NCBI GenBank assembly: GCA_001784175.1
Contig: MFPR01000044.1
Location: forward strand, 1 to 64,000
Source: Candidatus Lindowbacteria bacterium RIFCSPLOWO2_12_FULL_62_27
Lineage (GTDB): Bacteria; Lindowbacteria; 2-12-FULL-62-27
Length of the DNA: 64,000 nucleotides
Reading direction: 5' to 3'
Numbering within the stretch: position 1 is the stretch's first letter; every line of letters starts with the position of its first letter. The translations under genes were made by a program, and so were the position numbers. This document shows positions 37,101 through 45,174 of this stretch, one piece after another. Under the pieces are notes generated by a model. That model did not search any database. It was given only the letters and a program-made list of their open reading frames with translations, and had not been told where the DNA came from.

Positions 37101-40100
37101 GACGGCCGCGGTCGTGCCGGACAGCGGAATGACGATGTTGAGCTTCCGAGAATGGAACCGCCGCGTCAACGGCCAGAATACCGACACCGGCGGCGGCACC
37201 GACACTTACGCAAGGCTGGCCTCCAGCGCCGATACCGCACTCCTGTTCATTCCCAACATCGACAACGTCACCATCGCTGGGCTCATCCTTGACGGCGAAA
37301 GCACGGCCGGTTCCTCCAAGGCCGGCGTCCTCCTCTCCAACTCCCGCTCGGACTCCATCAGCCTCGTCCACATCTACCGCGCCAACACCGGTATCCGCCT
37401 CGCCGCGTCCCTGAACAACGCCATCGCCGCCTGCATCCTCACAGGCAACGACAGCGCCTCCGTCTCCCTCCAAACAGGGGCGAGCAACAACACCGTCGGC
37501 GGCAACTCGGTCCGGGGCGGGGGATTTGGGATACACGTCAGCGGGGATCAAAACGTCATCGTGGACAACACGGTCTACGGGGCTGCGCGGGCCGGCCTGT
37601 ACCTCGACAGCGGGACGGCGAACCGTGTGCAGGGCAACCGCATCCAAAACGGCGGATCGTACGGCGTGATGCTCTCGAACTCGGCGCAGGGCAATTACGC
37701 CGCGCTGAACGAGATCGACTCAACGGCGGGCGCGGCGATCTACATCGGATCGAGCGGGACGAACCACACGGACACGTTCGAGGCGAACAACATCACGAAC
37801 TGCACGACGGCGGTGATCAACGAGGAGGCCGCGACGTTTGACCTGCGATACAACTGGTGGGGGAGCCGGGACGAAGACGCGGTGACGGACAGCGCGATGA
37901 ACACGGGCGGCGGGGGGCTGTTGGTTGTGCCGCTGTCGCTGCACGTGATCGACACGTCGGCGGGCGCGGACACGCTGTCGCCGGATTCGACGAAGATCAG
38001 CGCCGACTCGACGGTGACGACGTCAAGCGTGACGATCACGTGGGACACGGTGTCGGTCGACCGGGACTCGACGGCGCTCGGGGGTCTGGCGGGATATCAT
38101 GTGTACCGCCGCACTTCGGCCGGGACGAACTGGTTCGAGAGCCTCATCGACACCGTACTCGCCGGCGGCGGAACCGACACGCGGTACACGGACTCCTCTG
38201 CGAGCGTCAACAACACGTACTATTACCGGGTGACGGCATTTGACTCGCACTACACAGGCGGCCGGCTCTTCCTCAATGAAAGCTGGTTCTCCGACACGCG
38301 GATCATCAGCACACCGGAGACCACGGTGTCGCTTGCGATTGTGATCACCTCCCCGGCGCCGGGCGATACGGTCGGCCTGACGAAAGGCATCACCTACTAC
38401 CTGCCCAAGAATCCTTCGAATTACGACACGGTCGTCCTCGCGCAGTTTTCGCCGGACAGCGGCGCCAACTGGTACACCATTCTGAAACGGAGTGGAGACA
38501 CCCAGAACCTTCTGGCGGACGCGGACGGCGAAACCTATACGCTCACTTGGAACGTCTACTCGAGCCTCTTCGACACTTCCATCGCCGGCCGGGTTCAAAT
38601 CCGGATGGCGGCGACCAGCGGGTCGGACACCGTATGGGACACAGTCACGGATTTCAACGTCAACACCGTGATCGACAGCGGCGGTATGACCGTATTTGTG
38701 TCCAACGGCGGTGATTCGTCCTATCCTTACGCCGCCGACACGGACGGAGGATTGCCCGACATCGGTGTCGCGTTTGGGCTTTTGACTCCAGCAAATGGCG
38801 CCGACACGGTGGTGATCTTCAACCGGATCGGATCGGACTCCTACCGGCTGACGGCCGCGGTCGTGCCGGACAGCGGAATGACGATTCTCGGATTTCGCGA
38901 ATGGAACCGCCGCGTCAACGGCCAGAACACCGACACCGGCGGCGGAATCGACACCTACGCTACGCTCGCCTCAAGCGCCGATACCGCGATCGTGTTCATC
39001 CCCAACATCGACAACGTCACGATCGCAGGACTCATCCTCGACGGCGAAAGCGCCGCCGGTTCCGCCAGGGCCGGTATCCTCCTCTCCAACTCCCGCTCGG
39101 ACTCCATCAGCCTCGTCCACATCTACCGCGCCAACACCGGTATCCGCCTCGCCGCGTCCCTGAACAACGCCATCGCCGCCAACATCCTCGCCGGCAACGA
39201 CAGCGCCGGCGCCTCCATCCAGGCCGGGTCGAGCAACAACACCGTCCGCGGCAACTCGGTCTGGAGCGGAGGACTCGGCATCCACGTCGGAGGAGATCAA
39301 AACATCATCGTGGACAACACGGTCTACGGGACCGCCCGGGCCGGCCTGTACCTCGACAGCGGGGCGGCGAACCGCGTGCAGGGCAACCGCGTCCAGAACG
39401 GCGGGTCGTACGGGATGATGCTGTCGAACTCGGCGCAGGGCAATTACGCCGCGCTGAACGAGATCGACTCGACGGCGGGCGCGGCGATCTACATCGGATC
39501 GAGCGGGACGAACCACACGGACACGTTCGAGGCGAACAACATCACGAACTGCACGACGGCGGTGATCAACGAGGAGGCCGCGACGTTCGACCTGCGATAC
39601 AACTGGTGGGGGAGCCGGGACGAAGACGCGGTGACGGACAGCGCGGTGAACACGGGCGGCGGCGGCCTCTTGGTCCTGCCGCTGTCGCTGTGGGTGATTG
39701 ACACGTCGGCGGGCGCGGACACGGTGTCGCCGGATTCGACGAAGATCAGCGTGGACTCGACGGTGACGACGACCGGCATAACGATCACGTGGGACACGGT
39801 GTCGGTCGACCGGGACTCGACGGCGCTCGGGGGTCTGACGGGATATCATGTGTACCGCCGGACGGGCGCGGGGACGAACTGGTACGAGAGCCTCATCGAC
39901 ACCGTACTCGCCGGCGGCGGAACTGACACAAAATATGCGGACACGGGCTTGAATCCGAGCGCCACTTACTATTATCGCGTGACGGCATTCGACTCGCACT
40001 ACACGGGCGGGCGGCTCTTCCTCAACGAAAGCTGGTTCTCCGACACCCGCGCCGTCACAACGTCAACACCGTCGACATCCGATACGAATGTCCACGACCA

Positions 40101-42864
40101 TTACAACGACAGCGTCACGACCAACAATTTCGGCGGCACCGTTGGGTCGTTTACGGGCGGATCGGGAGTGTCCCGCATCAACCGTATCACGACCGACGCC
40201 CTCGAGGGCGCCCGGTCGATGCAAATCGATTACACCGTCGCCTCGTCAGGAGATTTCGCGGGGTTGTACAGCGAGCTGAACAACTGGAATCCCGCAGACA
40301 CTGGATTCGGCCGGTTCTGGAGCTTCTGGGTCAAGGGCCTGGCCGGCCAGGAAATATTTTACCTGGAGTTCGGCGAGTCCACAGCGAAAACACAGCAGCT
40401 CACGGTCGCCGACTTCGTCAACGGCGGGATCGACACCGTCTGGCAGGAAGTCAACATCCCGCTCATGGCGCTCGACGATCTGAATATCACCAATCCGAAA
40501 TGGAACCGCAATTTCGCCCTTGTGTTCAGCAACGCCCTCGGACCGCCCACCAACGGATCGGTCCGGGTCGACAGCGTTTCGGTGAAAAAATACATCGATA
40601 CTTTTTTCATCGACACATTCGACGACCCCGACACGTTCGAAAACAGTTGGGGCGGAACCAACACGTTCTACGCGAACGGCGGCGGCGCTCTGAAAGCGAA
40701 GCGGGACACGGGAACGTTCGTCGGCGATACCGGCGCGTCGCTGGTTCTGCCGTACGGCGTGCCGAATCCCTCCGGCGGCGACTATGCCGTCGCCGAGTTC
40801 AACATCCAGAACGGCGCGGGCTGGTGGGCGGACCTGAGCCAGATGACGTCGCTGCGATTTCATATCAAAGGCGATTCGGCCTCGACCGACAAGCAACTCA
40901 ACATCTGGCTCATTGACAATTCCAGCGCGGACGCGATTGTGGATCTTGAAAAGTTCATCCCGGACCTCCCGACGACCTCGTGGGTTCCCGTCAATATTCC
41001 GCTCTCTCAGTTCTACGACGGAGCGCCGCCCGACACGAAATACACCAAACTCATCAAATTCGCGTGGGAATCCGACGCCATGAGCGGCACGACATGGATC
41101 GACGCGATCGAGGTTTCACGCGGGTACAATCTCTCGCCGCCGGACACGCCGGCCAATCAACAACCGGCGGCCGCGGCCGACACCGGCACCGAAACGCCGG
41201 TGTTCCGGTGGTCGGCGTCGACCGACGCGCAGGGCGTCTCGTATTTCGTGCAGGTCGCGTCGATTTTTGACACGGACTTCACCGATCCGATCCTGAGCGG
41301 CGTGATGGCCGGAAACGAAACGACCTTTTCGAAGGGCCTCAAATCCTCGAACACCTACCAGTGGCGGGTCGCGGCCTTTGACGGACACGGCAACTGGACC
41401 GGGTTCAGCGATTCGACGCGGTTCCGTGTGGTCTCGGGAAATTTCCCGGTGATCAAACTCACGCACCCTGATTCCAACGCCGTTCAGGGCACCGCCACTC
41501 TCTTTGTGGGCGGCGTGCTGTCGGACACGGAAGACACGCCGACCCGCGTCGATTTTCTCGTCAACGGCGCGTATGTGTCGGACACGGCGGCGGTGGATTC
41601 AAGCGGCGCGTTCGGCGACACGCTGACTTTTGCGGCGGCGGGAACGTACACCGTAACCGCCATCTGCACGGACCAGGCCGGCAATACGGCCTCCGCCACC
41701 CTCACGCTGACGATCGACCTCGGTGCGCCCAAAGTCGAATTCACGGCGCGCGCCGCCGGCGAGACCCAGACGACCGTCACGATCACCGGCACGGTCAGCG
41801 ACTCCAAACAGGTCACGGAACTGCGCGTCACGCACAACTCCGACACCGTCACGCTCGTCAGCCTGTCGGCGGACAGCAAGGCCTTTTCGTTCAGCGTGTC
41901 GGTCACGCTGGTCAGCGGCAAGAACCAGTTTGTTGCCAAGGCGACCGATACGGCCGGCCTGGTCGGATACGATACGCTCAATATCCTGCGGACCACCGCG
42001 TTCAAAACCGCCGCCGGCGGGACCACGGTGGCGCTGCCCGAAGGCAGCCAGTACGACACGTGGGTCGGGGTGATCGCGTTCTCCGACACGGCGTCCACGC
42101 CGGTCGAAATTCCGATGTATGACCCGAACAAGGGATCCTACGCGGACAAACTGTCCATGACGATCAAGCCCGCCGACAGCGGAGTCATTCTGATGGTGCG
42201 TCGGCCGCCCGACACGATGGACCTCAAGCTCGGAACGGTCGATCTCAAGCGATCCGACTTCAAGCACACGATTTTCGAATTCAACCTCTTCGATTCGGCC
42301 GGCGAGAACAACATCGGGGGAAGTTCCGGCAAGTTCTCGACGTTGAGCCTTTCGCTCAAGCCTGCCGCAACCACGATCGCCGGCGTCGCGGTGACCGATC
42401 TGAAACTCTATACGCTGAACGAGCAGGCCGGCCGCTGGGAGGAAATTTCCGGCAGCGGATACGACGCGTCGACCGGCGAAATCAAAGGCACGCTGTCCCA
42501 CCTCTCGTTCTACGCGTTCTTTCCGGACACCACCAAACTCGTCGCGGCGGAACTGTCCGGCGTCATGATCTTCCCCAATCCCTTCGTGCCGAACGACGGC
42601 GTCGACGAAAACGGCCGCTGGGCGGTCGCGGGCGATTTCACCACGGGCATCGTCATCGACAACCTCACGGACGACGTCCTCATCCGCATTTTCACGATCA
42701 CCGGCAAAATCGTCCTCGAACAGCGCGTCCAGAACGCCGGCCGGACCCAGTGGAACGTCACCAACAAGGTGGGCGACAAACTCGCGAGCGGCATCTACCT
42801 CATCCACGTCAAGGACATGAAAGGCCGGGGCGAAGCGGTCCGGAAGGTGGCGGTAGTCAAATGA
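34174..42864 (+). CDS. Giant secreted surface protein (2896 aa): three CBM11-pair/FN3 modules, two beta-helix/FN3 modules, Ig domains, T9SS-like CTD
   Basis: Three repeats of HD(D/H)(F/Y)ND...VKGLAG...WAWE/FAWE...WRVAAFD; NosD-like N-rich beta-helix repeats; C-terminus FPNPFVPNDG...IFTITG...QW...LASGIY...KVAVVK. Confidence 0.88.
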   Translation: MGGRPALYNICIYIIVISVLSPGVSRADIVHDDFNDSSTSNDWGGSTGTFTGSGGTISINRISSDASEGARSLEMQFDVTASSAYSGYYSRLNDTNLFTDTANNRAVSFFVKGLAGHEVFKIEVGESDALSQKTLVRDFINGGVTTAWRQVYIPMMAYDQLNFNDSRWTGNLAFVFEDGLGSPKSGTIRIDSIQIVKTPDTYLVDTYDDGDTQKSSFGGTNTFYENQTEMNAQRDTSTFVGDTGASLRIAYTCTGTSSGNYTVYEQTVNNGLGKGQDVRFATSLHFWIRADTGLRGPLANVWLIDMGNGSNQKDIESFVPAIPIDTWVPVNIPIRVFSGVDTPSLKMIKWAWEYEDKSGTMWLDAVEFSKGYDLSVPAAPALSKPAADTVMQETTPAFSWNSVSDGQGVSYFIQVTAYEDTDFSDPILREVTSATSLTFAQALANGGRYRWRVAAFDGHGNWSIFSDSRAFKIQSATHDDFNDSATTNKWGGAAGIFTGGAGAITINRTSADAAEGARSLEIAYTATGASGDYSGYYSELNNMNVTDTPRNRALSFTIKGLAGNEVFKVELGESTVKTQQVAVRDFLNGGVSTAWRDIHIPLSAFDQLNFTNPWWNRNLAFVFEYDLGTPRSGTVRIDNIRLTSEPETYLVDSYDDADTSKSSFGGTMVYYENNADLNAQRDTSTYVGDTGASLRIFYNVTGAGSGNYVVIEQTVNNGVNKGQDIRHMSSLHFWVKADSGTRGPPANVWMHDMGNASSQKDLEAYIPALPTDTWVPVNIPLRAFSGVDSASLKMIKWAWEYEDKSGTMWIDAVEFSKGYDVTAPNTPVLSGVYPDSTPTFSWTGGNDAQGESYYIQVAAFSDTKFENVILSSVTGAASITFTQTLSAGSRYHWRVAAFDRHGNWTGFSDTKSFVVFEDTGRSTVFVSDRGDSSNVGSADTRGAFGGIFEAISYLDPANGADTVVIFNRIGSDSYRLTAAVVPDSGMTMLSFREWNRRVNGQNTDTGGGTDTYARLASSADTALLFIPNIDNVTIAGLILDGESTAGSSKAGVLLSNSRSDSISLVHIYRANTGIRLAASLNNAIAACILTGNDSASVSLQTGASNNTVGGNSVRGGGFGIHVSGDQNVIVDNTVYGAARAGLYLDSGTANRVQGNRIQNGGSYGVMLSNSAQGNYAALNEIDSTAGAAIYIGSSGTNHTDTFEANNITNCTTAVINEEAATFDLRYNWWGSRDEDAVTDSAMNTGGGGLLVVPLSLHVIDTSAGADTLSPDSTKISADSTVTTSSVTITWDTVSVDRDSTALGGLAGYHVYRRTSAGTNWFESLIDTVLAGGGTDTRYTDSSASVNNTYYYRVTAFDSHYTGGRLFLNESWFSDTRIISTPETTVSLAIVITSPAPGDTVGLTKGITYYLPKNPSNYDTVVLAQFSPDSGANWYTILKRSGDTQNLLADADGETYTLTWNVYSSLFDTSIAGRVQIRMAATSGSDTVWDTVTDFNVNTVIDSGGMTVFVSNGGDSSYPYAADTDGGLPDIGVAFGLLTPANGADTVVIFNRIGSDSYRLTAAVVPDSGMTILGFREWNRRVNGQNTDTGGGIDTYATLASSADTAIVFIPNIDNVTIAGLILDGESAAGSARAGILLSNSRSDSISLVHIYRANTGIRLAASLNNAIAANILAGNDSAGASIQAGSSNNTVRGNSVWSGGLGIHVGGDQNIIVDNTVYGTARAGLYLDSGAANRVQGNRVQNGGSYGMMLSNSAQGNYAALNEIDSTAGAAIYIGSSGTNHTDTFEANNITNCTTAVINEEAATFDLRYNWWGSRDEDAVTDSAVNTGGGGLLVLPLSLWVIDTSAGADTVSPDSTKISVDSTVTTTGITITWDTVSVDRDSTALGGLTGYHVYRRTGAGTNWYESLIDTVLAGGGTDTKYADTGLNPSATYYYRVTAFDSHYTGGRLFLNESWFSDTRAVTTSTPSTSDTNVHDHYNDSVTTNNFGGTVGSFTGGSGVSRINRITTDALEGARSMQIDYTVASSGDFAGLYSELNNWNPADTGFGRFWSFWVKGLAGQEIFYLEFGESTAKTQQLTVADFVNGGIDTVWQEVNIPLMALDDLNITNPKWNRNFALVFSNALGPPTNGSVRVDSVSVKKYIDTFFIDTFDDPDTFENSWGGTNTFYANGGGALKAKRDTGTFVGDTGASLVLPYGVPNPSGGDYAVAEFNIQNGAGWWADLSQMTSLRFHIKGDSASTDKQLNIWLIDNSSADAIVDLEKFIPDLPTTSWVPVNIPLSQFYDGAPPDTKYTKLIKFAWESDAMSGTTWIDAIEVSRGYNLSPPDTPANQQPAAAADTGTETPVFRWSASTDAQGVSYFVQVASIFDTDFTDPILSGVMAGNETTFSKGLKSSNTYQWRVAAFDGHGNWTGFSDSTRFRVVSGNFPVIKLTHPDSNAVQGTATLFVGGVLSDTEDTPTRVDFLVNGAYVSDTAAVDSSGAFGDTLTFAAAGTYTVTAICTDQAGNTASATLTLTIDLGAPKVEFTARAAGETQTTVTITGTVSDSKQVTELRVTHNSDTVTLVSLSADSKAFSFSVSVTLVSGKNQFVAKATDTAGLVGYDTLNILRTTAFKTAAGGTTVALPEGSQYDTWVGVIAFSDTASTPVEIPMYDPNKGSYADKLSMTIKPADSGVILMVRRPPDTMDLKLGTVDLKRSDFKHTIFEFNLFDSAGENNIGGSSGKFSTLSLSLKPAATTIAGVAVTDLKLYTLNEQAGRWEEISGSGYDASTGEIKGTLSHLSFYAFFPDTTKLVAAELSGVMIFPNPFVPNDGVDENGRWAVAGDFTTGIVIDNLTDDVLIRIFTITGKIVLEQRVQNAGRTQWNVTNKVGDKLASGIYLIHVKDMKGRGEAVRKVAVVK
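37040..40046 (+). repeat. Internal direct duplication (about 1.25 kb, offset 1749 bp) within the giant gene
   Basis: 37063 and 38812 both start GTGATCTTCAACCGGATCGG; 38281 and 40030 both start AGCTGGTTCTCCGACAC; high nucleotide identity between these anchors. Confidence 0.92.
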
Positions 42865-43775
42865 AAAAGGAGATGTTCCTGCTATCGCTCCTCATGTTCT
42901 GCCCGACGCTCCGCGCATGGGCCGACTCGCCCGGATCGACCGGCGCGGAGTTTTTGAAAGTCGGCGTGGGCGCGCGCGCGATGGCGCTCGGAGGTTCGCA
43001 CGCGGCGCTTGCGAGTGACGTCTACAGCCTCTACTGGAATCCGGCGGGGCTTGCGCGGATCGAGCGAGCCGAAGCGGCCGTTCAGGTCAACAGCTACATT
43101 TCGGACATCGAACAGCATTTCCTGGCCGGCGCGTACCGGCACAAAAAGTATGGAACATTTGGCGCAAGCCTGAACCTCCTGGGCGTCGACGGAATCCCGC
43201 GGACCACCGTCGCCGCCAACGGCGCCGTCACCACCAGCGGCACGTTCGGCGCGGATGACCTTGCCTTTACCGCCGCATTCGCCCGGCCCATCACCGGATG
43301 GCTCTCGGCCGGCGGGGCGGCGAAGTGGATTCGATCGACCATCGCCCACTATCACGCCAACGCCTCCGCGGCCGATCTGGGACTTCAGGTGAAGCCGCTG
43401 TCCTTCCTCTCGCTCGGACTCGCGCTGCAGAACATCGGCACGCGGATCAAGTTCATGTCCGACCGCGACGAGCTTCCGATGCTCTATCGGTTCGGCGCCG
43501 CCGGCGAATTCCTCGACAACCGTGCGCTCGTCGTGACGATGGACCTGTCCCAGGCGAGAAACGACGTCGCGACCTTCGGGCTCGGCGTCGAATACACGCT
43601 GCGGCGAATCCTCTCTCTCCGGCTCGGCTACACGACGGCCGGCGCCGAAGTCGACCGCGGCCTCACTGCCGGTTTCGGCGTCCGCTTCCGATCTCTGAAT
43701 CTCGAGTACGCCTTCATCCCCTTCGGCGCCCTCGGCGACGCGCACCGGTACAGTTTGAAATACGCGTTCTATTGA
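42861..43775 (+). CDS. PorV/PorQ-like (UPF0164) outer-membrane beta-barrel
   Basis: GAEFLKVGVGARAMALGG...YWNPAGLA...LGDAHRYSL; ATGA overlap with the upstream gene. Confidence 0.9.
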   Translation: MKKEMFLLSLLMFCPTLRAWADSPGSTGAEFLKVGVGARAMALGGSHAALASDVYSLYWNPAGLARIERAEAAVQVNSYISDIEQHFLAGAYRHKKYGTFGASLNLLGVDGIPRTTVAANGAVTTSGTFGADDLAFTAAFARPITGWLSAGGAAKWIRSTIAHYHANASAADLGLQVKPLSFLSLGLALQNIGTRIKFMSDRDELPMLYRFGAAGEFLDNRALVVTMDLSQARNDVATFGLGVEYTLRRILSLRLGYTTAGAEVDRGLTAGFGVRFRSLNLEYAFIPFGALGDAHRYSLKYAFY

Positions 43776-43821
43776 CGCCCATGTTTTCAATGTTAGCTCT
43801 TTGTAACTGTTCCCCATGTGT

Positions 43822-43864
43822 CCCCCCTCTCCCGCCCCCGGCGGGAGAGGGCCGGGGTGAGGGT
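43822..43864. repeat. REP-like palindrome, possible terminator
   Basis: CCCTCTCCCGCCCCCGGCGGGAGAGGGCCGGGGTGAGGG. Confidence 0.85.
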
Positions 43865-43935
43865 GGCCAATCGCCGTCCGACATCCCGCGCAAGTTGACA
43901 ATTATTGTATTTCTATAGTTGACAATTAGTTTACA

Positions 43936-45003
43936 ATGTGGAACGCTTCCTTTGTGAACATCAAAGAACTCGTTCTCAAGCGAGCGGCCGGCCGGACCCC
44001 CCTCCGAATCCATGACTTGATCGGTGACACGAAAGTCAGCAGGCAGGCAATCCACAAGCACATCAAGGAGCTCGTCCGGCAGGGGAAACTTAGGAAGCTC
44101 GGAGAAACGAGGGGCGTGTTCTATGTGCGGGCAGACACGCCCCCGGCGCCAGCGGTCACCGTGTCGAAGACCTATCTTAGGAAAGGCCTTGCCGAAGACG
44201 AGGTCTTCGACCGGATGCGGCGGATCCATCGGTTGAAAGAATTGCTCCCGCTGAATGTTCTTGATTTGTTCAGATACGCCTTTACTGAAATCCTTAACAA
44301 TGCCATCGAACACTCCCGGTCGACCCGCGTCCGCGTCCTCCTTCACATCGATCCCTACCTCGCGCGATTCGTCGTCGAGGACGCCGGAACCGGAATATTC
44401 GCGACCATACGGAATAAATTTCATCTGCCGGACGAATACACCGCCCTGCAGGAATTGCTGAAAGGAAAAACAACGACGGCGGCGCGGGGCCATACGGGCG
44501 AGGGGATATTTTTTACTTCTCGGGCGGCCGATTCGATGGAAATCATGAGTCACCAGATCGGCCTCACGTATGACAACCGGATCGACGACGTGTTCGTCCG
44601 GGAAATCCGCCAGAAGCGCGGGACCCGCGTCGCCTTCGAAATCAGCCGGCGGTCGCGCAAAAAGCTTGAGACCGTCTTCGAGGCATTCGCCGGCCGGCAG
44701 TTCGACTACCAGTTCGCCCGCACATCGGTCAGGGTCAAGCTTTTCAAGGGAACCGCAGACTTCTATGTCTCGCGGTCCGAGGCACGACGGCTTCTTCATG
44801 GCCTGGACCGATTCAAGCACATCGTTCTCGATTTCAAGGGCATTCGCGGTATCGGCCAGGGCTTTGCGGACGAGCTCTTCCGCGTCTTCGCCGCCCGACA
44901 CCCCCGCATCGCCCTCGAACCGGTCCACGCAAACGCGGCCGTGGCGGCGATGATCCGGCACGCGATGAATCCCGGCGCCGTTCCCGGACGGATCCGGAGG
45001 TAG
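43936..45003 (+). CDS. wHTH, HATPase_c-like and STAS-like (DUF4325) protein
   Basis: VSRQAIHKHIKELV (HTH), EILNNAIEHS, DAGTGI, HTGEGIFF, SRSEARRL...LDFKGI..IGQGFADELFRVF. Start may be GTG 43954. Confidence 0.85.
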   Translation: MWNASFVNIKELVLKRAAGRTPLRIHDLIGDTKVSRQAIHKHIKELVRQGKLRKLGETRGVFYVRADTPPAPAVTVSKTYLRKGLAEDEVFDRMRRIHRLKELLPLNVLDLFRYAFTEILNNAIEHSRSTRVRVLLHIDPYLARFVVEDAGTGIFATIRNKFHLPDEYTALQELLKGKTTTAARGHTGEGIFFTSRAADSMEIMSHQIGLTYDNRIDDVFVREIRQKRGTRVAFEISRRSRKKLETVFEAFAGRQFDYQFARTSVRVKLFKGTADFYVSRSEARRLLHGLDRFKHIVLDFKGIRGIGQGFADELFRVFAARHPRIALEPVHANAAVAAMIRHAMNPGAVPGRIRR

Positions 45004-45090
45004 ATTGACAATTCTGACCGGAGGACTGGCATTTTCCGGTTCGGCCATGTATGCTGTAAGCGTTTTCAGCAGGCGTTGGTAAAATTAGGT

Positions 45091-45119
45091 TTGACGCGCG
45101 ACCGGCGCAGAGTCACAAT
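45091..45119 (+). promoter_or_regulatory. Sigma70-like promoter of the sugar ABC operon
   Basis: TTGACG-N17-CACAAT, upstream of a GAGGGG RBS and ATG 45175. Confidence 0.5.
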
Positions 45120-45174
45120 CGGGCCCGGATCTGACGGACGGATGGTTCTCATCTCTCTTGTCGAGGGGTTGATT

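Noticed and set aside
37040-40046. Duplication as an assembly artefact
   Set aside because: The copies differ by many substitutions and are separated by a unique in-frame domain.
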